Positions 62,600-64,000 of a DNA stretch of 64,000 nucleotides are shown piece after piece. The first letter of the stretch is position 1; each line of letters opens with the position of its first letter. This DNA comes from Haliotis cracherodii. Its lineage: Eukaryota. The notes below the pieces were generated by a model, which saw nothing but the letters and a program-made list of their open reading frames with translations, did not search any database and had not been told where the DNA came from. The DNA lies in NCBI RefSeq assembly GCF_022045235.1, contig NW_027266343.1, positions 31,496,001 through 31,560,000 of the forward strand. The letters run 5' to 3'. A program made the position numbers and the translations under genes.

Positions 62600-62750
62600 G
62601 CCTTCTTCATCAAGGCGTGTCTTCATAATGAAAATAAGTCTTCATCATCAAGACAGGTCTTCATCATCAAGATAAGTCTTCATCATCAAGATGGGACTTC
62701 ATCATCAAGGCAGGTCTTCATCATCAAGAGAGGTCTTCAGCACAAGGCAA
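62600..62750. repeat. 19-bp minisatellite (tcttcatcatcaagacagg)
   Basis: About 8 tandem units. Confidence 0.85.
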
Positions 62751-64000
62751 CTTTCATCGCCCTTCGTCATTTGAGTCTTGTCTCCACATTAACTGACTAC
62801 AGTCAAGTAACAGAAACAGTAAAAGATTATTTACATGGTGCCATCGTTTTGGTTGAATATTGCTGAGTGCGACATGAAGCAGGAAACAAACCAAATCGTG
62901 TCGTACCTTGTTCGAGACAACTTTTTAAAAATGCATGATGTGACCTCACCTCCAGGGGAAGCTACGATTTGAATATTTGAAAAGCCGTGTAAAGCCAAAC
63001 TGGACTCACTCACTCTAGTGCGTAATGTACGTATGTAAGACGTAGATGCCCTCACTGCAAGGTGCGAGTTAATATCAGGACCTTTAATTCATATGACATA
63101 CCACCACGCGTGATGCTGCTCTAGAGATCTAAAGCGGCAGCTATTTCTCCCACCTCAAAGACAATGTTTCAAAGTGTTAATGAAATATAACGATTAGTGA
63201 ACGCATCACAGATACACAGTACACAACGTTTCGTGTCTCCTCACGGATGATCAACTTCTTGGTTTTAACTTTCATGATCAAACAAAATTGGATGAACGAT
63301 TTTCAGAATTGTGGCTTCCTTTTGAAAGCGCTCGAATAAAGCTAATAGTTGTTTCTCATAAGACATGAGGGGACTCCAACGAGGCGTGGTTCTGTGCAAA
63401 CGTATGAATGTCTCATAAGTCAATATTTAGTTCCCATTATCTGATAATAAGTGTTTGCAATAGAATGGAATTTTTTATATTTTTGTTGACTGAAAATAAT
63501 GAATCATCAGACAAAAGGTTGGACAGGACCAGAACAAACAACACAGAATCAATTCAACACACAACTTTGCATTAGGTGCGTATGCATGATTGCGTCTAAT
63601 AACAGGAAAGTAGTTTTAAATCCGGAACCCATTCTTTTATCCTTGCAAATGGGAATAAGTGAATGGGTAGGTTGGAGTGAGTATAGTTTTACGCCACAGT
63701 CAACAGTATTTCACTCATATCGCGGTAGCCTGTAAATAATTCTGTCTGTCAGGCAGACCAGTGGTTGAAAGCATGAACAAAGACCCACGACGTCGGGTCA
63801 CGATGACACAGACAAGGCAAACGACACATAGCAAGCACACTATCACCATTACCCGGCTATTCCATAGTTTAAAGGTGTGTGGGAGGGGAGGGAAGGGGAG
63901 TGGAGGGGAAGGGGTGTGGTGTGTGTTTGTGTGTTTATGTGTGCGTGTGTGTGAGTTGGGGGGTGGGGGTGGTGGGGGGGTGGGGGGTGGTGTGTGTCAG

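Overview
Eukaryotic, AT-rich, repeat-dense animal DNA. The SINE repertoire suggests a mollusc, probably a gastropod such as abalone (inference). The window has four main contents. (1) The 3' six coding exons (139-6508, +) of a type II thioesterase gene (OLAH/GrsT-like; GHSMG and PGGHF motifs), whose last intron needs a GC donor. (2) An apparently intact 8.87-kb ISL2EU-type (PIF/Harbinger group) DNA transposon at 46609-55478, with an AT target duplication, inserted in a V-SINE. It carries two convergent spliced genes: a ~517-aa SAP-SWIM-YqaJ (lambda-exonuclease-like) nuclease and a ~454-aa THAP-HTH-DDE transposase. (3) Dozens of copies of four short retroposon families that share a covarying 3' stem-loop. 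Three have tRNA heads. The fourth ('family C') has none and starts precisely at a predicted pseudoknotted four-way-junction RNA, a candidate ribozyme or cis-element. (4) Tc1 elements, MITEs, LINE and Penelope relics, several minisatellites (one hammerhead-like, one derived from the family C head) and a 1.2-kb tandem duplication. Most short ORFs in the supplied track are repeat artefacts. All calls are by eye; no searches were run.
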